A stretch of DNA of 64,000 nucleotides from Nitrososphaerales archaeon (lineage in GTDB: Archaea > Thermoproteota > Nitrososphaeria > Nitrososphaerales > UBA213), in NCBI GenBank assembly GCA_965197925.1, contig CBDAOC010000020.1, forward strand, positions 288,001-352,000, written 5' to 3'. The notes under the pieces are model-generated. The model was not told the origin of the DNA. It did no database searches and saw only the letters and a program-made list of their open reading frames with translations. Numbering within the stretch: the stretch's first letter is position 1; the number at the start of each line of letters is the position of its first letter. The position numbers and the translations under genes are program-made. Shown in pieces: positions 21,574 through 32,210 of the stretch.

Positions 21574-23483
21574 ATGGGACTTGTTTTTGGATTGTATAAT
21601 ATGGCTGCTAGCAGTTATGCTCAAGAAAATAACAGTACAATTAACGAAGATGAGAAATCTTCTCAGGATACAGTTAATCTTATAATTTCACAACTAATTG
21701 AGGCATGGGCATTATTCCATATAACAAAAATAACTTGATGCCTCTGATTGATTAACTTCCCAACATGTGCTTCAATGCCCTTAATGGTCTTCCTGTTAGA
21801 TGATTGTAGTACACCATTACCTGATACAATAATACAGATAACAACACTATACTCATTACCTTATCGAACCCTCTAACTGGCAATGGATCTATGGTAAATA
21901 CATCCTTCATATGCTCTATCAATGGCTCAACGCTTATGCTCCTCCGAGAATATACATGCTGCCCATATTCAGAGTTATAGAACTGCAGCAATGCCAGTCT
22001 ATTATTATCTGTAGTATGCTTTACCTTTCCAATGAGAATACCAGTAGATGCCTTCTATACCTGCTGAAATCACATAACTTGTGATCATCATATCCTTCAT
22101 CTCCTACAACATACCTTACCATTCCTGTAGGCAATGAAGATGTTATGCTTTCATACATCTTGTTATCAGTAATGTTAGCTGTTGTGAAATCAGCTGATAA
22201 TGGAACTATCAACGAACCTGTGCTACATGCTAGATGCATCTTGTATCCGAATACCCATCCCTTGGTTCTGCTGAATCCCCATCGAGCATCTGTATCTATA
22301 CCAGAGCGTGGCACTTCATTCTTCTTCATGTTTGATCTATGCCATACATGTCCCTTTGCTTTCAACAATGAACTGTCAACGGATATTATGGCTGGGTCTA
22401 CCAACCCATCTTTTATGAAGAGCATACCCATAACATCTATCCTTGATCTTATGTCAATTGATATGGCCTTGAACCTTCTGTCGAATGTTCTTCTGTCTGG
22501 CAACCTATTAAGACCACATGCCTTCATTACCTTCCTGTTGTATGGCATGTCTATCGAATAGTATTCATGCAAAGCATTGTTGCTTGGTATTCTTACCCAT
22601 ACTCTAACGATGAAGCATCTACCATAACTGTAGGAGAATAGTAGAATGGTCTACCTCTTTTCCTATTAGGTTTTGACTAGAATCACGTCAATCAAAAATA
22701 ATATACGAAGGAGTATCGAGTCTGAGCTAAACATATCAACAATAAAAACTAGAACCTGATCTTATCGTTTCGAACTAAATTACGCCCAAGCCTCAATTAA
22801 TTACACAAGTAGCCCCTATTACTGTTGCAATTCTTGGTATTGGATTTCAGTATCTAAGAAAACATGGAATACAAGTCAGTGCTGAAGCAGAACAATATTT
22901 TACAAAATCCATAAGTTCATTGGTAGGAAATCAAAGTAAATGGATATACGAACAAATTAGAGATAATAAAGCACATTGGGTCAAAAAGGATCTAGATACA
23001 TTTAAAATAACTGAAGAGAGGTCCTTTCCAAAAGGTTTAGGAAAACAAGCAAAGGACAACGTCTTCAAACAATTAACTGAAACGTTAACCTCCGAGCAGT
23101 TCAGAAAACATACAAAAGAAACACTGGGGAAAAATTTGGGAGATTTGATAGAAGCGGCAGTAACAAAAAATAACCAGGAGTTAACAGAGAAGGGTCGTAA
23201 TTTGATACGTGAACTGACACCACTGGCAATAGATTCATTATTGTTACTTACAGATAAAGATGAGGTAAAAAAAGAGGAAGGAAAAAAGAAAATAATCGAA
23301 GATGCAATGGAATCAATAAAAAAGAATTTTGATTTTGAGGAAATTATGTTTGATAGAAATTTTGCAGAGATGTCTATAAAAGCGGAACTTCATAAAAACA
23401 TTGAGTGTACCTTAATTGTACATCAACTTACTCCTAGTTGTATCCGCCTAATGTTTATTGAGCCTGAAATTCATCAAATTTAA
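21574..23483 (+). pseudogene. Membrane-anchored hypothetical protein interrupted by an IS
   Basis: Removing 21700-22802 rejoins ...NLIISQLI with TQVAPITVAILG... in frame with ORF 22920..23483. Confidence 0.8.
21700..22794 (-). mobile_element. Full-length DDE_Tnp_1-type IS (~1.1 kb) with a disrupted transposase
   Basis: Terminal IRs GAGGCATGGGCATTATT / AATTACGCCCAAGCCTC; flanks AACTAATT / AATTAATT (8-bp TSD, 1 mismatch); VDSS, GYKMH, GDEGYD and VEP motifs; in-frame stop and frameshift. Confidence 0.9.
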
Positions 23484-23764
23484 GACGTGTAGAAGAGATC
23501 TCAGATTTGCCCACGAATTTCACCTGTAGGGTTTCCAACAGTGTGAATGTTAACAAAGTATTTCCTGAGCTCGTCTCAGCAATGAGTTTGGATAAAGTCA
23601 TCCATGTTCGTTGGACATCGAGAATATTCTAACATAATTGGAACCGCTATCTTTCATATGTTCAACCCCATTCAAATAATTAGTTTGGTATCTTAGAGTC
23701 TCCCTTCTTGCGATTGAAACAAGAATATTTATACAACATGTCGAACTAGGTCTAGTTTTTAGAA

Positions 23765-24833
23765 TTAATCATCATCCATTTCATTTAACAAATCTATACC
23801 TAATTTGTGAACAAGTTTCAATGCTCTATTGGTTAAAACAACTACACCAGATTTTTTTTCTGGATTCATAATCATACAACTAGAAAATCCTTCGGTACCG
23901 CCATCATGTCCTAGAATCTCAGTATTGCCAAGATTATATACATGCCATCCCAAACGGAATTTGGATACCGGTAATCCCAAAAAATATTTTGGAAAATATT
24001 TCGTGAATAAGGTAAGATTAGGTTCAACCCTTGTCATTTGACAGTATTAAGAAGGGAGACAATACTGAATCATTCAAAGCTAAATTTGCTTTTATGAATC
24101 TTAGTAAATCAGATACTGTAGAGCGAATACTACCTGCACTTTCAATGGCAGGTGCAACCCAATCTTCAGCTTTTTTTCCAATATAAGAATAACCCGTCGC
24201 CAGTCTATCTTTATGTGTGTCAAAAAGATTAATCCCTGTATCATTCATATCCAACACATCGCAAATACGATTTTTTATTAGTTCTTCAAATGTAGAATTT
24301 GTTACACGCTCAAATATTTTTGCAATTAAGCCAAAACTTATATTTGAATACATGAATGTTTCTCCAGGTGTTTTTTTTAATTTCATTTTTGACACATATT
24401 GAAGAAAATCTGTTGTATTGTAATGATATATTGGATTAGTCCGTATATTTCTACGAAATACAAATGAAAATAAAAATGGAAGTAACAATTTTAGTGGAGC
24501 ATCAGATATTCCTGAAGTATGGGTTGCAAGATGGAAAAGAGTGATGTTTCTTTTGTCAAATTCTGAATTTAGATACTCTGGTAGAAATTTTACCACCGGA
24601 TCATGTATTGACAAAAGACCTTCATTTTGTAATTGTGCTAACAGTATTGCTGTAAATGGTTTTGTCATAGAACCAATTTCAAACACTGTGTATTCAGTCG
24701 GTGTAATGCCTGAATTTTTTTCAATTTCCCCATAGTTGAAGGTTCTAATTCCATTTTTATCAATTAAACCAACAGCAATTCCAGGACTTTTTCCACTGTC
24801 AACATGATCTTTGATAATGTCTTCTACCTTCAA
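23765..24833 (-). pseudogene. Serine hydrolase (class C beta-lactamase/AmpC-like), frameshifted near 24030
   Basis: FEIGSMTK (SxxK), LATHTSG, YSN and GHDGGTEGF motifs. Confidence 0.9.
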
Positions 24834-25179
24834 TTTTTAATGCTGTTTAAAATGTTTCAATTTTATTAATTTAAGTTTTTGCTATAGCTTCCTGCCAGTC
24901 TATAGCCAGTCTTTACCCATTAGCGAATTATTAAGAATTTTCTCATTCTTTTTTATTTGAATTCCATTACTTCTACTTCTCATATACCATAATCCAAGTG
25001 CAACTACCGGCACTATGGTAAGACTGAAAGGCGTTCCAAATTGATTGAGATTCTTATTCCCACTTATCATTACCTAATTCTTCATGATCCTCGAATTTAA
25101 TATCATTATTTTCTACATTTATCGGCATATTATCGACGTTATCTCTCTGGACATTGATTATAAACATATTATCAGAATC

Positions 25180-25256
25180 GGCTTCGTAGAAACCATTTCA
25201 TAAGTACAGTTAATCGATACATATTGTAGGCAATTACCCTAATATTTTTCTAGATT
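25180..25256 (-). mobile_element. Decayed IS5-like end, copy 3
   Basis: GGCTTCGTAGAAACCAT...CATATTGTAGGCAATTA aligns with the 18164 and 21040 copies. Confidence 0.5.
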
Positions 25257-25367
25257 ATCACCGAAAAGTGGTTTATGAGCATTGCCGATCATTTTAACAT
25301 GACATTGGTACTAGAAGGATCTATGATCGGATGCAGAGAATATACTATCATATCTGACTAGATAGTT

Positions 25368-25405
25368 GAGGCTTGGGCATAATTCAATAATAATATTTTG
25401 AAATT
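25368..25405 (-). mobile_element. Isolated right end of the DDE_Tnp_1-type IS
   Basis: GAGGCTTGGGCATAATTCAATAATAATATTTTGAAA resembles the reverse complement of ~1900-1938. Confidence 0.75.
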
Positions 25406-25418
25406 GGTTTTTTAAATA

Positions 25419-25444
25419 TGGACTGGGAGTGATTTGAACCCGCG
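25419..25444 (-). repeat. Degenerate copy of the tRNA-Ala 3' end (candidate distal att site)
   Basis: TGGACTGGGAGTGATTTGAACCCGCG vs TGGACCGGGTGGGATTCGAACCCACG (33462-33487): 21/26 identical, same orientation. Confidence 0.6.
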
Positions 25445-25553
25445 GGGAATCGAACCGAATGGGGATACGACTCCAATAAGTGGCAGAAGCTATAGGGGTA
25501 GCTACAAGACCCCTTCCAATTTTTATTCTTGTCAGTCTTGTAATAACCAGCCC

Positions 25554-25600
25554 GTTGAACTGATTCTGTGTTCGGGTTATCACATAACATCAACATCATG
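25554..25600. repeat. 47-bp direct repeat, copy A
   Basis: 43/47 identical to 26816-26862. Confidence 0.9.
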
Positions 25601-25626
25601 GACCGTTTTTTGCTACATAACCTAGT

Positions 25627-26550
25627 CTATCTATTATTGCGGATTACATCATTGTCCTTATAGATTGCAGCCCGGCAGCTTTGCGGCAGGAATGCATAGA
25701 TTTGCTGGCGGATTTCATCGAAGGCAAGTGTGTGTGCTCCTTCCTCTGTTCTAATATGCTCTGCAATACTTGTCTTCTTTGTATCAATTACATCTATGAC
25801 TCCCGCTTACCTATTGCACAGTAAAGCCGATGAAGCTTTTTATTGTACCATATCACATCAGGCTCTCCTGCGATAGGAATTTTTTGCACCTCTTGTTCAC
25901 TCTTCTCATCCAATACGACTATTGCTTTTCCATCACATGCCACAAATATGCGTCCAGTTTCCTCATCTATACCGAGGCCATGAGGTCCAGCAACTGAAAT
26001 TGGAATGAAGCCAGCACATGCAAGTGATTCCACATTTAGCATGACCACTCCTGGAGGATCCTTTATGTTCACGAGAAAGCGATCTCTTGCTCTATCGTAG
26101 ATGCACCAACGAGGTCTGCCAGGAAGTCTAACTTTTGATATGCTCGACCCAGTCAGCGGTTCAATCAACCTAGCATGATAATCTTCGACATCTGCCACAA
26201 GTAATTGCTTGTAGGAGGAATCCCACGCAAGCCCGTTTGGCTTGGGTCCAACAGCCACCTCATTTAGAACTTCATTGGATTTGGCATTTATTACGAGAAT
26301 CTTGCCTGCTCCACGAGCAGCTGCAAAGACAAGACCTTCATGCTGAGCGCAAAGTACTCCACTTGCTTCTGGACAATTGGGTATTGTGGCAATATGCATA
26401 TACGTTTTTCCATCGATAATCTCTATACTTCCATTAGCCGTATGCGCTACAAACACCTTTTGCACTTTTACCATCTACATCGCCATGATCAAACCCTCCG
26501 CCATGGGGATGCTTGGGTAGGTCAACGTGCTTGATTAGTTGTAGACCCAT
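25627..26550 (-). pseudogene. YncE/YVTN-type beta-propeller protein with two frameshifts
   Basis: GGFDHGD start, VGPKPNGLAWD, GPHGLGID, EGAHTLAFD; ORF 25794..26474 is the middle part. Confidence 0.8.
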
Positions 26551-26815
26551 CTACTTTTATCATCTCTCACTATTTCCTTACTTTGCTGATAATCATTTAT
26601 TGTATAAATATTGTGGAGCTGACGTAGCTTCCTGCAATGCTTGTCCTATGCTTTCCCCCTCAGGCCAGCATTATCAAGCAGTCTGACAATCTCCTCTGTT
26701 CTGTATGCTCTATCCTTTCTTCTAACTAGGTCTTCAGAAACTAAACGGTTAAGTTTCTTCCAAGTAATGGTAATATCATTATTGAATCAGAAATTGTAAA
26801 TTCCATATGGGGTCA

Positions 26816-26862
26816 GTTGAACTGATTCTGCGTTCGGGTTATCACGTAACATCAACGTTATG
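26816..26862. repeat. 47-bp direct repeat, copy B
   Basis: 43/47 identical to 25554-25600. Confidence 0.9.
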
Positions 26863-26939
26863 ATGCATTAATGCAACACAACTAGAGGTATTTAGCTGGT
26901 GAATCAAGCAAAAAATGTCTTTGAAAAAAATAGCATTAC

Positions 26940-27058
26940 TGTTGGTGAGTAGAATAGTCTACCTTTTCCTATTAGGTTTTGACCAAGGAATCACATCATT
27001 TAAAGATAATATGCGAAGAAGTATCGAGTCTGAATTAAGCATATCAACAATAACAACT
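26940..27058 (-). mobile_element. Internal 5' remnant of the DDE_Tnp_1-type IS
   Basis: CCTATTAGGTTTTGAC...AGTATCGAGTCTGA...CATATCAACAATAA matches 22660-22750. Confidence 0.8.
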
Positions 27059-27199
27059 GGAAGGTTCTATGTACCTGTGTACGTCCACTCTTTTTTTGTC
27101 TCTCGGTCTACCGGGGATTACGTTCCCACACCACTTTTCAAATTAAGGTTTAACGATTAAATGTCAACTAATTATATCCGTATGGTGCTCTGTATAAAT

Positions 27200-27334
27200 A
27201 TGGAAGACGAAGAGAAAGTTCCTGGATGGGCATATCTCTGTCCATCTTGTGCTGTCTACTACGGTACCCGGGCTCTTGTCAAGGCAATAAGGAAACGAAT
27301 AGTGAAGAAGCATGCAAAAGTCATTGAACAATAA
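27200..27334 (+). CDS. 44-aa micro-protein with CxxC...H (zinc-finger-like), not in the ORF track
   Basis: MEDEEKVPGWAYLCPSCAVYYGTRALVKAIRKRIVKKHAKVIEQ*. Confidence 0.45.
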   Translation: MEDEEKVPGWAYLCPSCAVYYGTRALVKAIRKRIVKKHAKVIEQ

Positions 27335-27568
27335 GCTAGAATAACAACGACTCTAACTTAACCAACTGTTTTCACCTTAACAATAAATACAAACTGATTT
27401 TCGTTAATACTTTTTTTAGATCAGCATCTTCACACATTGCTGAAACAAGTGATACTTTCTGTTTTTTATTATCCGCATCTAACCCTAGAATCTTTTACTT
27501 ATAATTCTGATGTATTTTTGTTCTTCGTAAATTCTAGGTAGCGCAATAATTTCTAGTATAGTCCTTGC

Positions 27569-27859
27569 GTGACAGATTGGGTTAGTAAACGTATATCTAG
27601 GAAAGAATTTGTACTTTTGAAGACTTTGAAGAATTATGTTCATGGGAAAGAGGATCAACTCGCTTCATCGGTTAAAGAACAAAGTAAGAGCAACAAGGAG
27701 CAAATATTCATAGAACGGCAGGAAAACGCATCTATGGTAAAGGATGTGGAGAAGTGTGTATTTGATTTTTGTTACCAAAATTACAATGATAGCTTGGATA
27801 TAGCAGATGTAGCTAAGCTTACGGAAGTTCTAATGACTTTGAGGCGATATAATAGATGA
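27569..27859 (+). pseudogene. Probable C-terminal remnant of a type I restriction subunit R
   Basis: Helical pattern resembles HsdR C-termini; ATGA-coupled to an M48/YgjP gene, the usual downstream neighbour of hsdR. Confidence 0.4.
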
Positions 27860-28530
27860 GCGAACTTGTCTATGATACTGGTAATTTGAAAATTCCATAC
27901 ATTGTAAAAAGGAATAAGGTGAAACATGTATACATCAAGGTAAGTCAAAATGGTGTAGAGGTTACCATTCCTAGAAAGAAGGATGTTAGCATTAAAGATC
28001 TATTAGAGGAAAAGAAGGAATGGATAGAAAAGAAGTACAGAGAATTAATGTCTATAAGGTTCACTATAAGCAAAGATAAAGTTCTATTCAAAGGCAGAGA
28101 ATATGACCTTAGATACGAAAAAGGGTATGAATCTATACAAGTTGAAAATGATAGTGTTAAAATCATTGCACCCAATAGAAGACAGTTCTACAATACCTTA
28201 CGTCAATGGATGACCAAAGAATCAAAGAGAATAATTGAGGATATGATAGCAATTTATGCACCTAAACTCGGAGTGAGTTACAATAGATTATTTTTGAGAA
28301 GTTCAAATAGTTGGGGAACGTGTTCTATAATGAAAAACCTTGGTTTCAACTGGCAGTTAGCATCACTTCCCGAGGAGTTGGTAGAGTATGTGATGATACA
28401 TGAATTGGTTCATCTTAAGGAGTTGAATCATTCTAAGAGATTTTGGAATATAGTTGCTTCTCTATGTCCGAACTATAGGCAAAGGCGAAATGAGCTTAAA
28501 TTGTATAGAACCAAAAAGACCATACGATAG
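27856..28530 (+). CDS. YgjP/DUF45 (M48-like, SprT-like) metallohydrolase
   Basis: WGTCS, YVMIHELVHLKELNHSKRFW (HExxH). Confidence 0.92.
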   Translation: MSELVYDTGNLKIPYIVKRNKVKHVYIKVSQNGVEVTIPRKKDVSIKDLLEEKKEWIEKKYRELMSIRFTISKDKVLFKGREYDLRYEKGYESIQVENDSVKIIAPNRRQFYNTLRQWMTKESKRIIEDMIAIYAPKLGVSYNRLFLRSSNSWGTCSIMKNLGFNWQLASLPEELVEYVMIHELVHLKELNHSKRFWNIVASLCPNYRQRRNELKLYRTKKTIR

Positions 28531-28904
28531 CAGTACCTCGCGGATTAGAGGGTTCGCACAAACCATCTATGAATGAAGTCAGATTGAAAGAAATCATCAA
28601 AAGACATCTGTTTAATCATTTGAAATACCTATAGAATAATTGTTATCCTTTTAGTATACCCTTTTGGTGAAGTTTCTTTCCTTACCATTCCTTACCTTTA
28701 CTTTTATTATCTTAATGAATAGAGCACCGTTTATTGAATTGCTAATAGAATACTGAATTCGTTCGTAGTTACGGTTTAGATATTAGGATAATTCATCCTT
28801 TCCTTACCTCTTACCTTACCCCAGAGTAGGGTACAATTTTTGCTTTCTCTTTTTAGCACAAACACCTGAAGAAAATTATAGTCTAGTGTTAATTCGACTC
28901 ATTC

Positions 28905-29093
28905 TAGATATAGATTCACTACTCGTTAGCGGGTTTGATAAAGCTAGGAGCATCGTTCTGATTTCTATATTGCTATACCAGCTGATGGTATACTAGAATT
29001 TGACAGAAAGACCTCTGAGGGCATTGCAGCACATGTTGGGAAGCTAATGAAACAATATCAAAATATTATTATTATTGAATTTGCCCAAACTTC
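28905..29093 (+). mobile_element. 3' remnant of the DDE_Tnp_1-type IS with degenerate terminal IR
   Basis: Near-identical to ~1750-1938. Confidence 0.8.
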
Positions 29094-29129
29094 AAATACT
29101 TAGTTACATGATATGTTTATCAAATTTAT

Positions 29130-29312
29130 ATGGGTCAAACCCAGATGTGTGCAATGGCAAGGAAAAGAAGAAACTCGCCTCCACCTTCTCGTGCAACTCA
29201 TGTTACAGGTAAGTGCCTAAAATGTGATTATTACGGCAGGATAAGAACTAAGAGTGTAAAAGACGATATAGAGTTTGTTTGCTCTAACTGTGGACATCAT
29301 TGGAAACCCTAG
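29130..29312 (+). CDS. Small zinc-ribbon protein (likely start 29154)
   Basis: CLKC...CSNCGHHW. Confidence 0.55.
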   Translation: MGQTQMCAMARKRRNSPPPSRATHVTGKCLKCDYYGRIRTKSVKDDIEFVCSNCGHHWKP

Positions 29313-29349
29313 ATTAATTATAAGATGAAGAGTGAACTGTCTTATTGAG

Positions 29350-29534
29350 AAAGGGGTACAGTATTTGTTGGTGAATAGTAGGAATGAACTTTCTCTTTTC
29401 CTATTAGGTTTTGACCAAGGAATCACGTCAATCAAAAATAATATACGAAGAAGTATCGAGTCTGAGCTAAACATATCAACAATAAAAACTAGAACCTGAT
29501 CTTATCGTTTCGAACTAAATTACGCCCAAGCCTC
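29350..29534 (-). mobile_element. 5' remnant of the DDE_Tnp_1-type IS with left terminal IR
   Basis: 29396-29534 nearly identical to 22656-22794. Confidence 0.85.
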
Positions 29535-29636
29535 AGATAGATACCATTTACCCTTGGGCCTAGTAACATTATAGAAAAAGCAGGTAGAGACCCAATGTTT
29601 TGACGTGTCAGATTCTCAAAGGAAAGGAATAAAAAA

Positions 29637-30918
29637 TTACTCTTCCTCTTCTTTACTTCCTTCTCGCAATTCCCTATCAATCTGTTCCTTCAATGAGATG
29701 TATCTCCTGAATTTCATATCCCATGCGGCGAAGAACAATCGTTCTTTGAACCCTATGTATAGCCAGATTGATGCAAGGATAACTGAAACTATGGTAAATA
29801 GAAGGATTAGTCCGATGTCAGGGTGTCTATGCAGGAGGAAACCCAGAAACCTGGGATGTCCTGCAACTACCGCTGCCATAATCAAAGCTATCGGAGCAAG
29901 GATGAATGAAGATATTATAAGTCATCCCAATACTCTCCAATACATCATAATCGACGAAATGATAACAAATGCCAGATAGTTTTGTGCATTCTTCTCATAT
30001 CTGATCCTGGTTCTGTGGAACCCATTCTTCAACCAGGCAAAGAATCTCTCCACAACATAGCGCGTCTTGCCGTATAGGTATTGTTCTGTATTATCATTTT
30101 GTTGTTGTGTCTTACTGTTTTTTCTGTAAGGTATGCGGCCAGGGATTTTTCTTTTGGTGAGGTATTTCCTGATGAATTCTGCATCATAGCCCTTGTCTGC
30201 TTGGCACCGCGCAATTTTTCTGATAGATCTCTCATCCAGATATTGTGAGATGCCATCCATCACGTCTACAAATCTTGCAGAGTCATGCTGATTTGCAGGA
30301 CCCATCACTACTGAGACTGGCAGTCCGTTTTGTTCCACCGCAACGTGTATTTTTGTGCCTGAAATCCTGTTGAATCCGTTGTATCCTATGACGCTTCCCC
30401 TTTTTTGGCCGGAACTGATGACGAATCGACTGATATTTTTTGCAGCTGCATCTTGCCTGATCTGTGGGCTGATTTGACTGCAGCGGAGAGGATATTCTTC
30501 CATATTCCACGTCGCTGCCAGTTCTGCAGTCTGCGGTGCGCAGTTGATTTGGAGCCGTACCTTTGTGACATCCCAGTCCACCTGCATCCTGTTATCCCGA
30601 CAAACAGGATTCCGTTGACTGTCTTTCTGTCGTCTGCCCTTGGCCTTCCGGTTCTGGCTGGCTTGGGGAGATGCGGTGATATCATCTTCCATTGTTCACC
30701 TGTTATCTCCTGAAATTTCATGATCTGCTACGGGCAGCATTGCAAATAGATCCAAATGATCGTCAATTATTCACTAAATGATCAGTTTTGGGATCAGTTG
30801 GTAATGAAAACATATTCTTGGTTGTATTCATATGGAAAATAAGTTAGTCGAGCACTTCCAATATACCTTCACGTTTTTCCTTGTCATTTGATGAAGGTTG
30901 ATCCTTAGATTCCGACAT
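29637..30918 (-). pseudogene. Small membrane protein gene interrupted by IS5 element A, with an in-frame stop
   Basis: MSESKDQ...REGILEVLD*LIFHMNTTKNMFSL resumes as IISSFILAPIALIMAAVV... beyond the IS. Confidence 0.65.
29918..30800 (-). mobile_element. Complete IS5-family element A; orfA 30386..30721 and orfB joined by a -1 programmed frameshift
   Basis: orfA ends ISVDSSSVPAKKG at slippery AAAAAAGGGG (~30397-30406); orfB has GTKIH, ADKGYD, VERFFAWLK; imperfect IRs AAGTCATCCCAAA / TTTGGGATCAGTT. Confidence 0.92.
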
Positions 30919-30982
30919 ATATGCATGGTCAGTGTAGGGCATTAACTTAAAAAGATTAGTTAACTTTGTTCTCGAAATCATC

Positions 30983-31267
30983 TCAATCTTTCCTGGGGAA
31001 TAAGTCTTCATAAGGGTCTAGGATCTTCCTACTAAAATTTCTGCCACTTTCTGTAACACTATATTTTATGATCTTTTTATTACCCCATGGTTGATCAGTT
31101 CTGTTTATGAACCCCTTCCGCTGAAAGCTATCTAGAATGCTTCTATGTTTTGTCAAATTGAGACCACAATAGCTCAATAGGGTGGTCTGGTTGAGTTCTC
31201 TATGCTCCATAAGTTTGAGAATAATATCTTTTATAATATAGATGCTGTCTCGATACTCGTGTGACAT
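30983..31267 (-). CDS. Winged-helix transcription regulator (archaeal HTH_45 type)
   Basis: YRDSIYIIKDII...TTLLSYCGLN...YSVTESG. Confidence 0.85.
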   Translation of the reverse strand: MSHEYRDSIYIIKDIILKLMEHRELNQTTLLSYCGLNLTKHRSILDSFQRKGFINRTDQPWGNKKIIKYSVTESGRNFSRKILDPYEDLFPRKD

Positions 31268-31883
31268 CTATTGCCTTTTAAGATTAAGTATTATTTGTAC
31301 TTGACACGGAAATTTTTCACAAGTCGTTAAAGTCCTCTAGCAACTCACGGGTGTATTTTTCTTGCTGCAAAGTATCCAATACCTTTACTACTTGATTCAA
31401 GCAATCATACTTGTCCGCACTTATCATCGATAGTTATGTTGTAACCTAACATATATTTTAAGATTGCGACCCTCTTTCCTTTTTAAATGCTTCCAGAATA
31501 TCTGAAGGGCTAAGTTGTAATTCTATAGACATTTGAACTCCTCTTCTTTTTTAAGCTAGGACAAAAGCGGAACTAGGACTGGGATTCTTACAACAATAAA
31601 CTTTGTAAAAGCGGAAGAGTAAGTTCATGGAAACGCCGATCTGGTGAGGGAAGATTAGAGTACACAATCATTTATTCTTACAAGTGCCAATATTCCAGAG
31701 AAACGGTCTTATATCATCAATCGTCTCAATTTTGTTCTTATACAAGGGTAATATGCCATAGACCATTTCATAGGGGCTTAATTTTAGTCTCGCCCTTGCG
31801 TTGAACAATCCCTCTGGAGTAAGAAAATACTCTCTCCTAGAGAAACATGGTTCACTAAAGGAATGACATTAAACTGATAGCAT

Positions 31884-32210
31884 TCATCTAGCTTCCTGCT
31901 CCATTGCATATTCAACCCAAGCCATTGTATGGCTGATATCTTGCCATGCAACTGGCGCTAATTCCTTTACCTTGCCAAGGTGAATAACGGGATGCATACT
32001 CCATAGCAAATGGATAAGAGTCTTGAGTCGAAGTCGTATCAATTTTTCATCATTAACTAACACTGCGTTCAGAAAGTCCCGCAATAATTGAATATCAAAT
32101 ACATGTTCAAAGTCATCGCGAGCTTTTTGATAATCATGCAATTTCTCTCCATTTATAGAATCAGCAAATAGAATTAGGGCCTTCATAGCATCCGTTAAAT
32201 CCTTCAACAC
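31884..32210 (-). CDS. Hypothetical protein immediately downstream of the integrase
   Basis: Open ORF abutting the integrase stop codon. Confidence 0.5.
   Translation of the reverse strand: MLKDLTDAMKALILFADSINGEKLHDYQKARDDFEHVFDIQLLRDFLNAVLVNDEKLIRLRLKTLIHLLWSMHPVIHLGKVKELAPVAWQDISHTMAWVEYAMEQEAR

Noticed and set aside
25419..25500. A second tRNA gene
   Set aside because: Only T-loop and 3'-end-like sequence is present; no D arm, anticodon arm or matching 5' acceptor strand.
25554..26862. 47-bp repeats as integron attC sites
   Set aside because: They lack a proper RYYYAAC...GTTRRRY pairing, and I see no evidence the integrase is IntI-type; kept only as a generic repeat.
28675..28825. CTTACC micro-repeats
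   Set aside because: Short, irregular, low-complexity pyrimidine tract with no consistent period.
29922..30692. 256-aa ORF as a single transposase
   Set aside because: Its N-terminal ~95 aa are an off-frame reading of orfA; the real product needs the -1 frameshift.
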